Shown: positions 1 through 9,119 of the stretch, in pieces | Layout of the letters: each line of letters opens with the position of its first letter | How positions within the stretch are numbered: the first letter of the stretch is position 1 | NCBI GenBank assembly: GCA_034530875.2 | Contig: JAVRCJ020000018.1 | Span: 64,001-128,000 of the forward strand | Direction of reading: 5' to 3' | DNA: 64,000 nt | DNA from: Nostoc sp. DedSLP01 | Lineage (GTDB): Bacteria; Cyanobacteriota; Cyanobacteriia; Cyanobacteriales; Nostocaceae | Made by a program: the position numbers and the translations under genes | The notes under the pieces: generated by a model | Told to the model about the DNA's origin: nothing | Databases searched by the model: none | What the model saw: the letters and a program-made list of their open reading frames with translations, nothing else

Positions 1-3000
1 GAGCGTTCCACCATGCCGTTCAACGACAATTTGACGAACGATCGCCAATCCTAAACCTGTTCCTTTGCCTACTGGTTTAGTGGTGAACAGATAATCAAAA
101 ATTTTGTGCTTGACTTCCTCACTCATCCCTACACCATTATCTGCAATCCGAATTAAAACATGCTCTCCATCTTCAGCTGCACGAGTTTGAATTGTAATTT
201 GGTTGGGATTTGCTTGGATATTTGCAAAACTACGTCCAGCGTTGGATTCCTCTAAGGCATCGATCGCATTTGCTAATAAGTTCATGAATACCTGATTTAG
301 CTGGCCAGCAAAGCATTGCACTAAAGGTAAATCGCCGTAGTCTTTGACTATTTTAATTTCTGGACGATTTTGATTGGGTTTTAAGCGATGTTTGAGAATT
401 AAGATAGTACTGTCAATGCCCTCATGGAGATTGAAAGGAACTTTGTAATCGCGATCGGCTCTGGAAAAAGTACGCAGACTAGTACTAATTTCACTGATAC
501 GATTTACTCCTAATTTCATCGACTCGATTAATTTTGGTAAATCTTCTCGTAAATACTCTAGATCGATTGCTGCGATTTTAGCCTGAAGATCCAGATCTGG
601 ATTTGGTAACTTTTCTTGATATAAATCAATTAAATCGAACAAGTCTTGTATGTAATCTTCAGCAGGGTCAAGGTTGCCACCAATAAAGCTGGCAGGATTA
701 TTAATTTCATGAGCAACCCCTGCAACAAGATTACCTAGTGCTGACATCTTCTCATTTTGTACTAATTGAAGTTGGGTTTCTTGGAGATGCTGGAGGGTTT
801 GTTCTAGTTCGGTTGCTTGCTGGCGAGTTTTAATCAACAACTGGGTTTGTTTGAGCGCTAACCCCATTTGTACCGCAATTTGCCAAGCAAATTGAATCTC
901 AGAAGTTTGCCAATGACGGGGTTGGTTGCATTGGTGAATACACAGTAAACCCCAAAGTTCGTCATCTTGCATAATTGGCACAACTAGCGATGCTTTGATT
1001 TGAAATTGTGCCAAAAGTAATCGATGGCATTCCAGCACATTAGCTGTTTCGATATCAGCTATTGCACAGTAACGTCCTTTTTTATAAAGGGTTGCGTAAT
1101 TTTCACCAAAGCAATTATCTTGAATTTTTACAGCTAAACCAGAAGTAAATTCAGGTAATACATCTTCGGCAATAAATTCGCCGTATTTATACCCGGATTC
1201 GAGATGAAACTGATAGATACCGACTCGATCGGCATTGAAAATGCGGCGAATATTTTGGGTAACTGCACAGAAAATTGCCTCTAAATCTAAAGACTCTCGG
1301 ATTTGGGTGACAACCTTAAACAAGGTTTGCTCTTGAGCAAGCGATCGCTCTAATTGTCGAGCGTAAGTCTGAGCTTGTTGATAAAGACGGGCATTTTCTA
1401 AAGCGATCGCTGCTTGGGTACAAAGCATATCGATAACTTCAACGCGGTCGCTAGTAAACACCCCAGCCGTCAAGCTATTCTCTAAATACAAAATTCCCAA
1501 CAGTTTGCCTTGATAATTAATCGGCGTACAGAACAAACTTTTGGGTTGTTGGCGAATGATGTAAGCATCAGCCATCAATAAAGGATCGGTAGTTGCATTA
1601 ATGACAATTGAGGGTTTTAGGCTGCGTTTGACGCTGTTGATGGCTGAAATCGGCAAATCTTGGGATTCTTCCAGAGGTAGCGATCGCATAATTGTTGATG
1701 GCTGGCCAACTGTAGTTATTGCCTCAATGAGTAACTTTTCTTCTTTCAGTAGTAGCAACGCACATTTATCGGCGCCAGCATTTTCAATCAATACATTCAG
1801 CAACGTAGCCAGCAGTTTATCGAGATGAATTTCGCTAGAAACAGTCTGTGAAGCTTTAAAAAGTGTTGCTAAATCGAGTACGGCTGAAACACTAGTCGTA
1901 GCATAGTTCGTGGAATTGGTAGAAATTACTTGAGATATAGTACCCTTATCAATTGCACTAACTGTAGCATTAGACATCAACTTAATTTTGTCTTGTTGCA
2001 AAACAAAAGTTAACAGTTGCGGATAATCTCGTTCTAAATCTTCAATTTTGGCTTTTGCTCCCCAACGAGCATAGGCATAATAAGCATTGAGCAAATAATC
2101 TCGAGCTAGTTTTTCTTTGCCCCATGCCAAGTAAAATTTTGCTGCCAGTTCGTTGGCAATAGCTTCTTCATTGAGGTAGTGATTTTCTTGAGCTAAAGTA
2201 ATGGCAAGCTCATAATACTCAATCGCTTCAGCTTTGTTACCAAGAATCCGTTGCCGTTCTGCTTCCACTAAATAATATTTGTGCAAGTGGTTTACCGGGA
2301 CATAGCCTGCCCAGTTTTTCAACTTTTCTTGGTTGGCAATTACTCGCTGGTGAATATTTTGTTGTTCTGCTTGAGAAACTTGAGAATAAATAGCTAAATG
2401 TGCCAGAGAATCATAGGTGTGAAAAACTGGCACTAAAAATAATCCTGTAGCGCCACCCAAGTATTTTTCAATGGCGATCGCTGCTTGCACTGCTAACTCA
2501 AACTGACCAAACCAATAGCACAGTAAAAGTTTGCTGATATAGTAATAACACAGCGCTGTTTGATCCCCTGCTTGCTCGATTTTGGGTAGCATTTGCTCTG
2601 CATCAAAAGCATCCCCAACTAGTTGCCATGCTTGAGTCGCATTGCCGAGCAAATTCAAAATCGCTTGCTGAAAAATAGTCAAATGACCGATCAGCCCTTC
2701 CTGCTTGAGTTGAGTGAGTTGCACGTAAAAGGCTGCACTCTCCCGACTTAAATAGCTTAATTCTTTACCAACAAACCATGAATGCATAACGTAAACAAAT
2801 GCACAAATAGTTGCTGATTCTAAATCCCCCGTTTCCAAACCGCTTTGATAGCCTTTTGTGAGAAAGGGTAAAGTATTTCTTAGTGGTTCTTTCCAATGCC
2901 AAACACTACAGTGAACTCCAACATAAGCTCTAGCTATCATTTCCTTGGCATTCAATTGTTCGACCAACAAATGTGCTAATTGCCCAAACTGATAACCGCG

Positions 3001-5931
3001 CTCAATTTCTCCCATCACACCGCATAACATCAGTCCGTAATAGGCATAACCATTAGCTGAGTATGAAATATTGCCATATTGAACTGATAAATTTACTTGC
3101 TCGAGGATAATAAATGGTAAGAGAGTTGGTGCAACAACATAGGCGGAAGAAGAGACACCAGCGAGAATCCTAATAGCAGCTATCTTTTCCGGCTCCTGCA
3201 TTTGGGGTAGAGCAATTAAATCTAAAGGTTGCTTGCCAGCCAAAATCGAGTTTGTCGCCGCACATGCCTGACCAATATCCGAGCCGCTTGGTTCCTTGGG
3301 AAAGCTAATTCCCAAACATTGCAAAATTTCTAGGGCAATCTGCACTGCTTCGAGAAATTGATGTTGGGCTTGAGCTGCTTGAATTTTAATTTCATAAACT
3401 CTAACTTTATCCAATAAACAGTTAGCCTGTTCTAAAATGACTGCTGCGAATTGTGTCATTTGCTCTAGATTGCCGCTTAAATAAGCAGCTTCCGCAGCCC
3501 CTTCGTAAAGCGCCAAGGTGAGTGCGTACTGTGTTTGCCAGCATTGTTGTGGCAATAAGTCAATACCTGTGAGGAAATGCTCAAATGCGGCTGTGTATGC
3601 AGTAGCGACCCTTGCTTTGCGCCCTGCTTTGAGATTGAGCCGGGCAAGTTCAATCTGTTCCGTTTCCTCAGCGATGAGATTTTTACCGATATTTAATTGG
3701 CTGACAATTTCAAATAATTTTTCCTCTTGCTGGACAACGGTTGTATTATTCAGCAGTAGTTGCCCAATTTTCAAGTGAGTCGCTTGTTTTTGCTCCTCTG
3801 GGATGAGAGTATAGGCAGCCTGTTGGACGCGATCATGCAAAAATTTGTAAGCACAGGAATTAGAATTTAAGCCAAAAAATCCTTCTGAATCTTGGTTGCT
3901 GGCTATTAGCTCCTCTTGGAAAAACTTATAAACCTCACTGGTTGGTAAAATCAATCCTTCTTGCAGCGCTTTCCACAGATCGACAGCAGTCTCAGCTAAA
4001 GTTTGTTCGTAAATAATCGCAAGAGTTCCCAGGTCAAAAGAGTTACCAATGCAAGCAGCTAGTTTTAAAACAGATTGGGTGTTGCTGGGTAACTTTTGCA
4101 GCTGAAGCGCCATGAATTCAACAACATCATCGGTGAGGGTAAGTGCTTGAATTTGAATAATATCGCCTTGCCAATAACCTTTTTGACTGTCAAAGGTTAT
4201 GTACCTTTCTTCATGCAATGTCTTGAGAAATTGCGTAGCGAAAAAAGGATTGCCTTTGGTTTTCCGATATACCAATTCACTTAGGGGCGCTGCCAGTGCT
4301 AGCGGACAGCTCAAGGTATCGGCGATTAAATGATTGAGGTGGGATAGCTTAAGGGGAGTTAAGGCGATCGCGTTAATTATCGCTCCACTGTTACCAATGT
4401 CTTTCAGTGCCAGCATCAGCGGATGGGCAGGGGAGACTTCATTATCTCGGTAAGCACCAATCAGCAACAGATAGCCGGTTTCTGTTTCACTCATCAGCAT
4501 TTGCATCAGCTGTAGCGATGCAGAGTCAGCCCATTGCAAATCATCCAGAAAAATTACCAAGGGATGTTCTGGAGTTGTCAGTACTTGAATAAATTTCTGG
4601 AATAGCAAATTGAAGCGATTTTGGGCTGCACTTGGTGAAAGTTCCACAGCAGCAGGTTGTTTGCCAATAATGTGTTCGAGTTCGGGAATTACCTCAATAA
4701 TTACTTGCCCATTTTCACCCAAGGCAGAAAGAATTTTTGTCTGCCATTGTTTTAGTTGAGCATCTGTTTCAGTCAGCAATTGTCTCATCAAGTCTCGTAA
4801 TGCCGAAACAAATGCAGAAAAAGGAATGTTGCGCCCAAACTGATCGAATTTACCAACGATGAAGTAACCTCTCTGGCGCACAATTGGCTTGTGGACTTCA
4901 TTAACAACTGCTGTTTTACCAATGCCAGAGAAACCTGCTACTAGCATGATTTCTGTACTACCGTTACTGATGCGCTCAAAGGCTTGTAGAAGACTTGCAA
5001 CTTCAGTTTCGCGGCCATAAAGTTTTTCAGGGATGAGGAAGCGATCGCACACATCGCGCTGTCCCAATTTAAAAAATCCTATCTCTCTCGTTTGTTGGTA
5101 TTGAACTAGACAAACTTCTAAATCGTATTTCAACCCTAATGCACTCTGATAGCGGTCTTCAGCATTTTTCGCCATCAACTTCATCACTATATTTGAAATC
5201 ACCTGCGGAATTTCTTCCCTATTCCCTAAAACTGGTTGTTTCGCAATATGACAGTGAATCAGTTCCATTGGGTCGTTAGACTGGAAGGGAAGTTGACCCG
5301 TGAGTAATTCAAAAAAAGTCACTCCTAATGAATAGAAATCACTGCGGTAATCAATACCTCTATTCATTCGTCCAGTTTGTTCTGGAGAAAGGTAACTGAG
5401 AGTACCTTCTAAAACCTGTGGATTTTTGATTTCTTGGGTTTCTCTGGGTAGCAAAGAAGCAATACTAAAGTCAATTAATTTAACTTGTTTTGTATCTGAA
5501 TGAATGATGATATTTGCTGGTTTAATATCTTTATGAATAACTCGATGCTCGTAAAGTCCGTTGAGAATCTCAGCTAGCTGAAGGGCGATCGCCAGAAATT
5601 CATCTACTTTTATTGGCTGTCCTTGAGTATATTCGTCAAGTGGAATCCCTCCAAAATCTTCCATCACTAGTGCATAGCTATTGCCACACCGTTCTAGACT
5701 GTAGGGTTGAATAACACCTGGTAAATTCAGGTTTTTAGCAATCGTATACTGATTGCGGAACTGCAACAACTGGCTAAAAGATGGGTAATCGCTTCGCAAG
5801 TATTTAACGATGGCAGGTTGTCCGTCTGTTTCTCGAATGGCTTGATAGACAATAGTTTTAGAACTACAGTAGAGCTGTTTAACAATTTTATATCCTTCGA
5901 TTACAAGTACCAAATCTAAACCTATAGTCAT
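1..5931 (-). CDS. Giant Ser/Thr kinase + AAA ATPase + 2xGAF + histidine kinase (HstK-like); 3' end lies outside the window
   Basis: Missing from the ORF track because no stop falls in the window. Manual translation from ATG 5931 gives MTIGLDLVLVIEGYKIVKQLY..., HKDIKPANI, GTLSYLSPEQTGRMNR, P-loop GFSGIGKT, LDDLQWAD, H-box GVAHEINNP, and GTGLGLAIVRQIVVERHGG at the window edge in the same frame. Confidence 0.93.
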   Translation of the reverse strand, partial: MTIGLDLVLVIEGYKIVKQLYCSSKTIVYQAIRETDGQPAIVKYLRSDYPSFSQLLQFRNQYTIAKNLNLPGVIQPYSLERCGNSYALVMEDFGGIPLDEYTQGQPIKVDEFLAIALQLAEILNGLYEHRVIHKDIKPANIIIHSDTKQVKLIDFSIASLLPRETQEIKNPQVLEGTLSYLSPEQTGRMNRGIDYRSDFYSLGVTFFELLTGQLPFQSNDPMELIHCHIAKQPVLGNREEIPQVISNIVMKLMAKNAEDRYQSALGLKYDLEVCLVQYQQTREIGFFKLGQRDVCDRFLIPEKLYGRETEVASLLQAFERISNGSTEIMLVAGFSGIGKTAVVNEVHKPIVRQRGYFIVGKFDQFGRNIPFSAFVSALRDLMRQLLTETDAQLKQWQTKILSALGENGQVIIEVIPELEHIIGKQPAAVELSPSAAQNRFNLLFQKFIQVLTTPEHPLVIFLDDLQWADSASLQLMQMLMSETETGYLLLIGAYRDNEVSPAHPLMLALKDIGNSGAIINAIALTPLKLSHLNHLIADTLSCPLALAAPLSELVYRKTKGNPFFATQFLKTLHEERYITFDSQKGYWQGDIIQIQALTLTDDVVEFMALQLQKLPSNTQSVLKLAACIGNSFDLGTLAIIYEQTLAETAVDLWKALQEGLILPTSEVYKFFQEELIASNQDSEGFFGLNSNSCAYKFLHDRVQQAAYTLIPEEQKQATHLKIGQLLLNNTTVVQQEEKLFEIVSQLNIGKNLIAEETEQIELARLNLKAGRKARVATAYTAAFEHFLTGIDLLPQQCWQTQYALTLALYEGAAEAAYLSGNLEQMTQFAAVILEQANCLLDKVRVYEIKIQAAQAQHQFLEAVQIALEILQCLGISFPKEPSGSDIGQACAATNSILAGKQPLDLIALPQMQEPEKIAAIRILAGVSSSAYVVAPTLLPFIILEQVNLSVQYGNISYSANGYAYYGLMLCGVMGEIERGYQFGQLAHLLVEQLNAKEMIARAYVGVHCSVWHWKEPLRNTLPFLTKGYQSGLETGDLESATICAFVYVMHSWFVGKELSYLSRESAAFYVQLTQLKQEGLIGHLTIFQQAILNLLGNATQAWQLVGDAFDAEQMLPKIEQAGDQTALCYYYISKLLLCYWFGQFELAVQAAIAIEKYLGGATGLFLVPVFHTYDSLAHLAIYSQVSQAEQQNIHQRVIANQEKLKNWAGYVPVNHLHKYYLVEAERQRILGNKAEAIEYYELAITLAQENHYLNEEAIANELAAKFYLAWGKEKLARDYLLNAYYAYARWGAKAKIEDLERDYPQLLTFVLQQDKIKLMSNATVSAIDKGTISQVISTNSTNYATTSVSAVLDLATLFKASQTVSSEIHLDKLLATLLNVLIENAGADKCALLLLKEEKLLIEAITTVGQPSTIMRSLPLEESQDLPISAINSVKRSLKPSIVINATTDPLLMADAYIIRQQPKSLFCTPINYQGKLLGILYLENSLTAGVFTSDRVEVIDMLCTQAAIALENARLYQQAQTYARQLERSLAQEQTLFKVVTQIRESLDLEAIFCAVTQNIRRIFNADRVGIYQFHLESGYKYGEFIAEDVLPEFTSGLAVKIQDNCFGENYATLYKKGRYCAIADIETANVLECHRLLLAQFQIKASLVVPIMQDDELWGLLCIHQCNQPRHWQTSEIQFAWQIAVQMGLALKQTQLLIKTRQQATELEQTLQHLQETQLQLVQNEKMSALGNLVAGVAHEINNPASFIGGNLDPAEDYIQDLFDLIDLYQEKLPNPDLDLQAKIAAIDLEYLREDLPKLIESMKLGVNRISEISTSLRTFSRADRDYKVPFNLHEGIDSTILILKHRLKPNQNRPEIKIVKDYGDLPLVQCFAGQLNQVFMNLLANAIDALEESNAGRSFANIQANPNQITIQTRAAEDGEHVLIRIADNGVGMSEEVKHKIFDYLFTTKPVGKGTGLGLAIVRQIVVERHGGTL

Positions 5932-6451
5932 ATCTGCTTGCTTGCTCTTAACAACTTTTTATCAATGCTCCTTACTTTTCAGTATTCCCATAGAGAAAAC
6001 TAACAAATCATTTATAAAGTAAAATTTTAAACAGCAAGATGATGCAAGATCGTCTAAGTGATGACGACAAAAATAGCAGTTTTGCTCAATTCAACAGACT
6101 TCTTGCATAAAAATTCTTCAAACCCAAATAAATCAAGAAACTCGACAAAACGATGCCAAATTCTCTGTGCATATACATTTGAGGTTTTTTTCGGGCTATT
6201 TTTGTCTGAGTATGATTCAGAAAGGGCGATCGTACTTCTGATTTAGCTTTGCAAATTTTCTTTAATGGCGTTGCATAAATATAAAGAAAATTATTGATAA
6301 TTAAATGCCCATCTACCCATCTGGCAATCAATACAGTAAAGCAATTAACGCCAAGCACAACTCCAAAAGAATCACTTCATACAACTTGCATTTCACACTA
6401 TTGTGAAGCCCAGTTATACCGATTTCAAATCATTTCAAAGGAGAGTATCTC

Positions 6452-6904
6452 ATGATAGAACCTACATCTGCCAATCTTTGCGAACCTTGCGAATCCTTCG
6501 CTGGAAAGTCAACTGAAATTACGGTTGTGCGCCCCGATGCACAAATACTCACTCAGCAACACTTGCCCTATTTTGTCGGTCTCTCTGCAAAAACAGCAGG
6601 TGCAAAGGGAATTTCGATGAATCTGACTATTATTCCCCCTGGTGCAATTGCCGAGCCACATGTCCACCCAGAACATGAAACGGCCATCTATCTGCTCAAA
6701 GGTCGGGTCGAGGTTCGTTATGGAAAGGGACTTCAGCAATCCCAAGTGTGCGAAGCTGGGGATTTTGTCTTTACTCCTCCAGGTGTTCCCCATCAGCCGC
6801 GTAATCTCAGCACTACAGAACCCGTTTATGTGCTGACAGCGCGCAACGATGCAGACGAACAAGAAAAGATTGTCTTCTACGATCCAACGCTGGAAAGTCA
6901 GTAA
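6452..6904 (+). CDS. Cupin (RmlC-like) domain protein
   Basis: PHVHPEHETAIY and PPGVPHQP cupin metal motifs; GGAG SD upstream. Confidence 0.85.
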   Translation: MIEPTSANLCEPCESFAGKSTEITVVRPDAQILTQQHLPYFVGLSAKTAGAKGISMNLTIIPPGAIAEPHVHPEHETAIYLLKGRVEVRYGKGLQQSQVCEAGDFVFTPPGVPHQPRNLSTTEPVYVLTARNDADEQEKIVFYDPTLESQ

Positions 6905-6990
6905 GCTTTAGGTAAACCCGGCTTACAGTTATTTATCCTAAAGACTTACCAACTCTATTTCCTAATGTTTTTGAGTTTGTCGAACTCACG

Positions 6991-7815
6991 TTAATTAATA
7001 TCGTGGATGGATTTAGAGCCAAATTCAAAATAGTATTTATGCCAATCTGAAAACAAATCAATCCGTTCTGAACCTGCAACAGCGCTGCGGTTAAAGTATC
7101 GATACTTGTTTTGACCGACACTCAGTTTAGGTTTATTTGTGCAAAAATCCCAATCAGTTCTTCCTAAAAATAGGTGTTCGCTGTTTACCAAAAAGCCATG
7201 CCAATGAGGTATATTTCTATACACTCTGGCTGAAATAGAAAATCTGTCACGCCAGCTATCTGGTAATCCATTGATGAAATTCTTGATCTGCGTGACTCGT
7301 TGTCTGCTTTCTGCTGCCCAATTAATATCGTAAGTTTCAAGCTGAAGCGATTCTAAATAATCACTATCAACAAGTAGGATTTCAATGTTAATATGTGCAT
7401 TTGCATAATCTTTCAATATTTTAGTAACTTTTCCAGCAACAAAATTCCATGAAAACGTCATAGAAACAGCTAATATTTTAATGTTTACATGGTTTGCGCA
7501 ATTCAAGTTATTGCCCTCCAAACATTCTCGAATACGCTTTTCTGTATCTTGAAGCGCTTCAATATGATCGGTGAAAGGCTTCTCATGGTGAGCTATTTTC
7601 TCTATATTCTTGCTAATCTCTTTGAGGATAAAGGTCATTTCTTGACCTTGATAAGTGAGCTTTCCAAGTTGTTTGTGGGTTTCTACCTCTACTCCACTGC
7701 TGGAAACTTTAGCTCTTACCAAACGATTAATTAGATTAGAAATCGGTTGGCGATAAATTATGCCAAGAATTAGCGCTACAAAATATGGTGCTGCAACATA
7801 CATGTTATTCATCAT
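6991..7815 (-). CDS. Hypothetical membrane-anchored protein; C-terminal domain PLD-fold/DUF5919-like (tentative)
   Basis: Long ORF, likely start ATG 7815 (MMNNMYVAAPYFVALILGIIY); one N-terminal TM helix; C-terminal IEILLVD...VYRNIPHWHGFLVNSEHLFLG pattern. Confidence 0.7.
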   Translation of the reverse strand: MMNNMYVAAPYFVALILGIIYRQPISNLINRLVRAKVSSSGVEVETHKQLGKLTYQGQEMTFILKEISKNIEKIAHHEKPFTDHIEALQDTEKRIRECLEGNNLNCANHVNIKILAVSMTFSWNFVAGKVTKILKDYANAHINIEILLVDSDYLESLQLETYDINWAAESRQRVTQIKNFINGLPDSWRDRFSISARVYRNIPHWHGFLVNSEHLFLGRTDWDFCTNKPKLSVGQNKYRYFNRSAVAGSERIDLFSDWHKYYFEFGSKSIHDIN

Positions 7816-8003
7816 GATATCTCGATTATGGTAATGGAGTACTAATAGTTTATCGGGTGTAGTAATGAGCAATCGCTACTTTATTTAGAAAACAGATATT
7901 AGTTCTTAGAAAAAGCGATCGCTCGCTGCGTTGCTAATCCCGTAATTCGTAATTACTGTTGCGTAAGGGTTTTAGACAAGTCAAATTATCCTTTCAAAGA
8001 TAT

Positions 8004-8231
8004 TTAACGCAGGGATTCCCAAACGACTGTTGTGATAATGAAACACAGAAGTATAATTGCCAGCTTAGGAAACCAGTTGCCAACAAATGGCAGTAAGGCA
8101 ACGAAAATATGTAAAGCTCCAAAACCCATTGATAAAATGTAGGCGATCGTAAAACCAAATATTGCTAACAAACAACTCTTAATCAGCATTGTAGTCAGCC
8201 TGAATAAAGGACTATATTGATTTTTGTCCAT
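8004..8231 (-). CDS. Small 2-TM membrane protein
   Basis: 75 aa, two hydrophobic segments, GAGG SD about 9 nt upstream. Confidence 0.7.
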   Translation of the reverse strand: MDKNQYSPLFRLTTMLIKSCLLAIFGFTIAYILSMGFGALHIFVALLPFVGNWFPKLAIILLCFIITTVVWESLR

Positions 8232-8366
8232 AATTATGAACCTCTAAGATGGAGTTTAGATGATTGATTTTTCTGACATCTAGCTAAAATTTCATGACAC
8301 AAATCGTAAACGTCTTCTGCTGTTACACCGATTAATCAATTTGTGATTTTCATGCTTAGAAACACA

Positions 8367-8408
8367 ACAACGGATGTGTGAAGCTTGAGCTTCAACAACA
8401 TCCGTTGT
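8367..8408. other. Long hairpin (structured RNA or terminator)
   Basis: ACAACGGATGT-GTGAAGCT-TG-AGCTTCA-ACATCCGTTGT-type nested inverted repeat. Confidence 0.55.
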
Positions 8409-8535
8409 GGTTATTCCCATCAATACGATGTGCTAACAGAAACTTATTCAGTTGTTTAGAATTACTCTCACACCAGGCGCGACTAGTTCCGAAAACTTAT
8501 GAGGTGCAGCTGTGCTGTCATTACCTCTAAAATCA

Positions 8536-8922
8536 TCAAAGCTTAAGTCCGTGACGTATAGACGGCGAAAATTCAAATCCATATTTACCAGTCTGCTTAC
8601 GACACCAAATCAGAATATTTGCGTAACCTTGTTGTACATGACAAGTTTCAAATAATGCACTGTTAAGCGTTCTCAGAACTTGGTCTGGATTTTCCAAGAT
8701 TTCTTGCCGTCTAGATAAAAGCGGTATCTTCCAGTTAGCTAAGCCGTTTGGTGCAAATTGGAAATTTTGAAAATATCCATATTTGCACTCAGCTGTATGC
8801 TGACCTTTAATAAGACAACATTGGATCTCGATAAATCCAGCAGTATTGGATTGCTCAAGCCAAACTATGTGTTGTTGGCACGAGTCAAGGATTTGCTTTA
8901 TCGGAAAAGGTACATGCTCCAT
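8536..8922 (-). CDS. Hypothetical protein (~128 aa)
   Basis: ORF track 8536..8973; in-frame ATG at 8922 (MEHVPFPIKQ) is the more likely start; divergent from the 898-aa gene. Confidence 0.7.
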   Translation of the reverse strand: MEHVPFPIKQILDSCQQHIVWLEQSNTAGFIEIQCCLIKGQHTAECKYGYFQNFQFAPNGLANWKIPLLSRRQEILENPDQVLRTLNSALFETCHVQQGYANILIWCRKQTGKYGFEFSPSIRHGLKL

Positions 8923-9083
8923 AGAATGTAAATTCAACAGTACTGATAAATTTAACAAAACATGTAAAATCAAAAAGTATCATAAACTACATAATTTCAT
9001 TTTATCAAGCGATTTTTATGCAAAACAAGTCTTTTAAAGTCAATTATGTATTAAAAACGACAAAAAAAATCATCGCTTTAATT

Positions 9084-9110
9084 TTTAATGTAAACTGAAT
9101 TTACATTAAA
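9084..9110. promoter_or_regulatory. Candidate operator palindrome
   Basis: TTTAATGTAAA-CTGAA-TTTACATTAAA perfect 11-bp inverted repeat 9 nt before ATG 9120. Confidence 0.5.
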
Positions 9111-9119
9111 CTATTCGTT

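Noticed and set aside
1601..4592. Short plus-strand ORFs
   Set aside because: Antisense shadows of the large minus-strand kinase gene; the same applies to short antisense ORFs in other long genes.
8292..8420. 42-codon minus-strand ORF (MGITTTDVVEAQ...) across the hairpin
   Set aside because: No SD, and it runs through a stem-loop; more likely non-coding.
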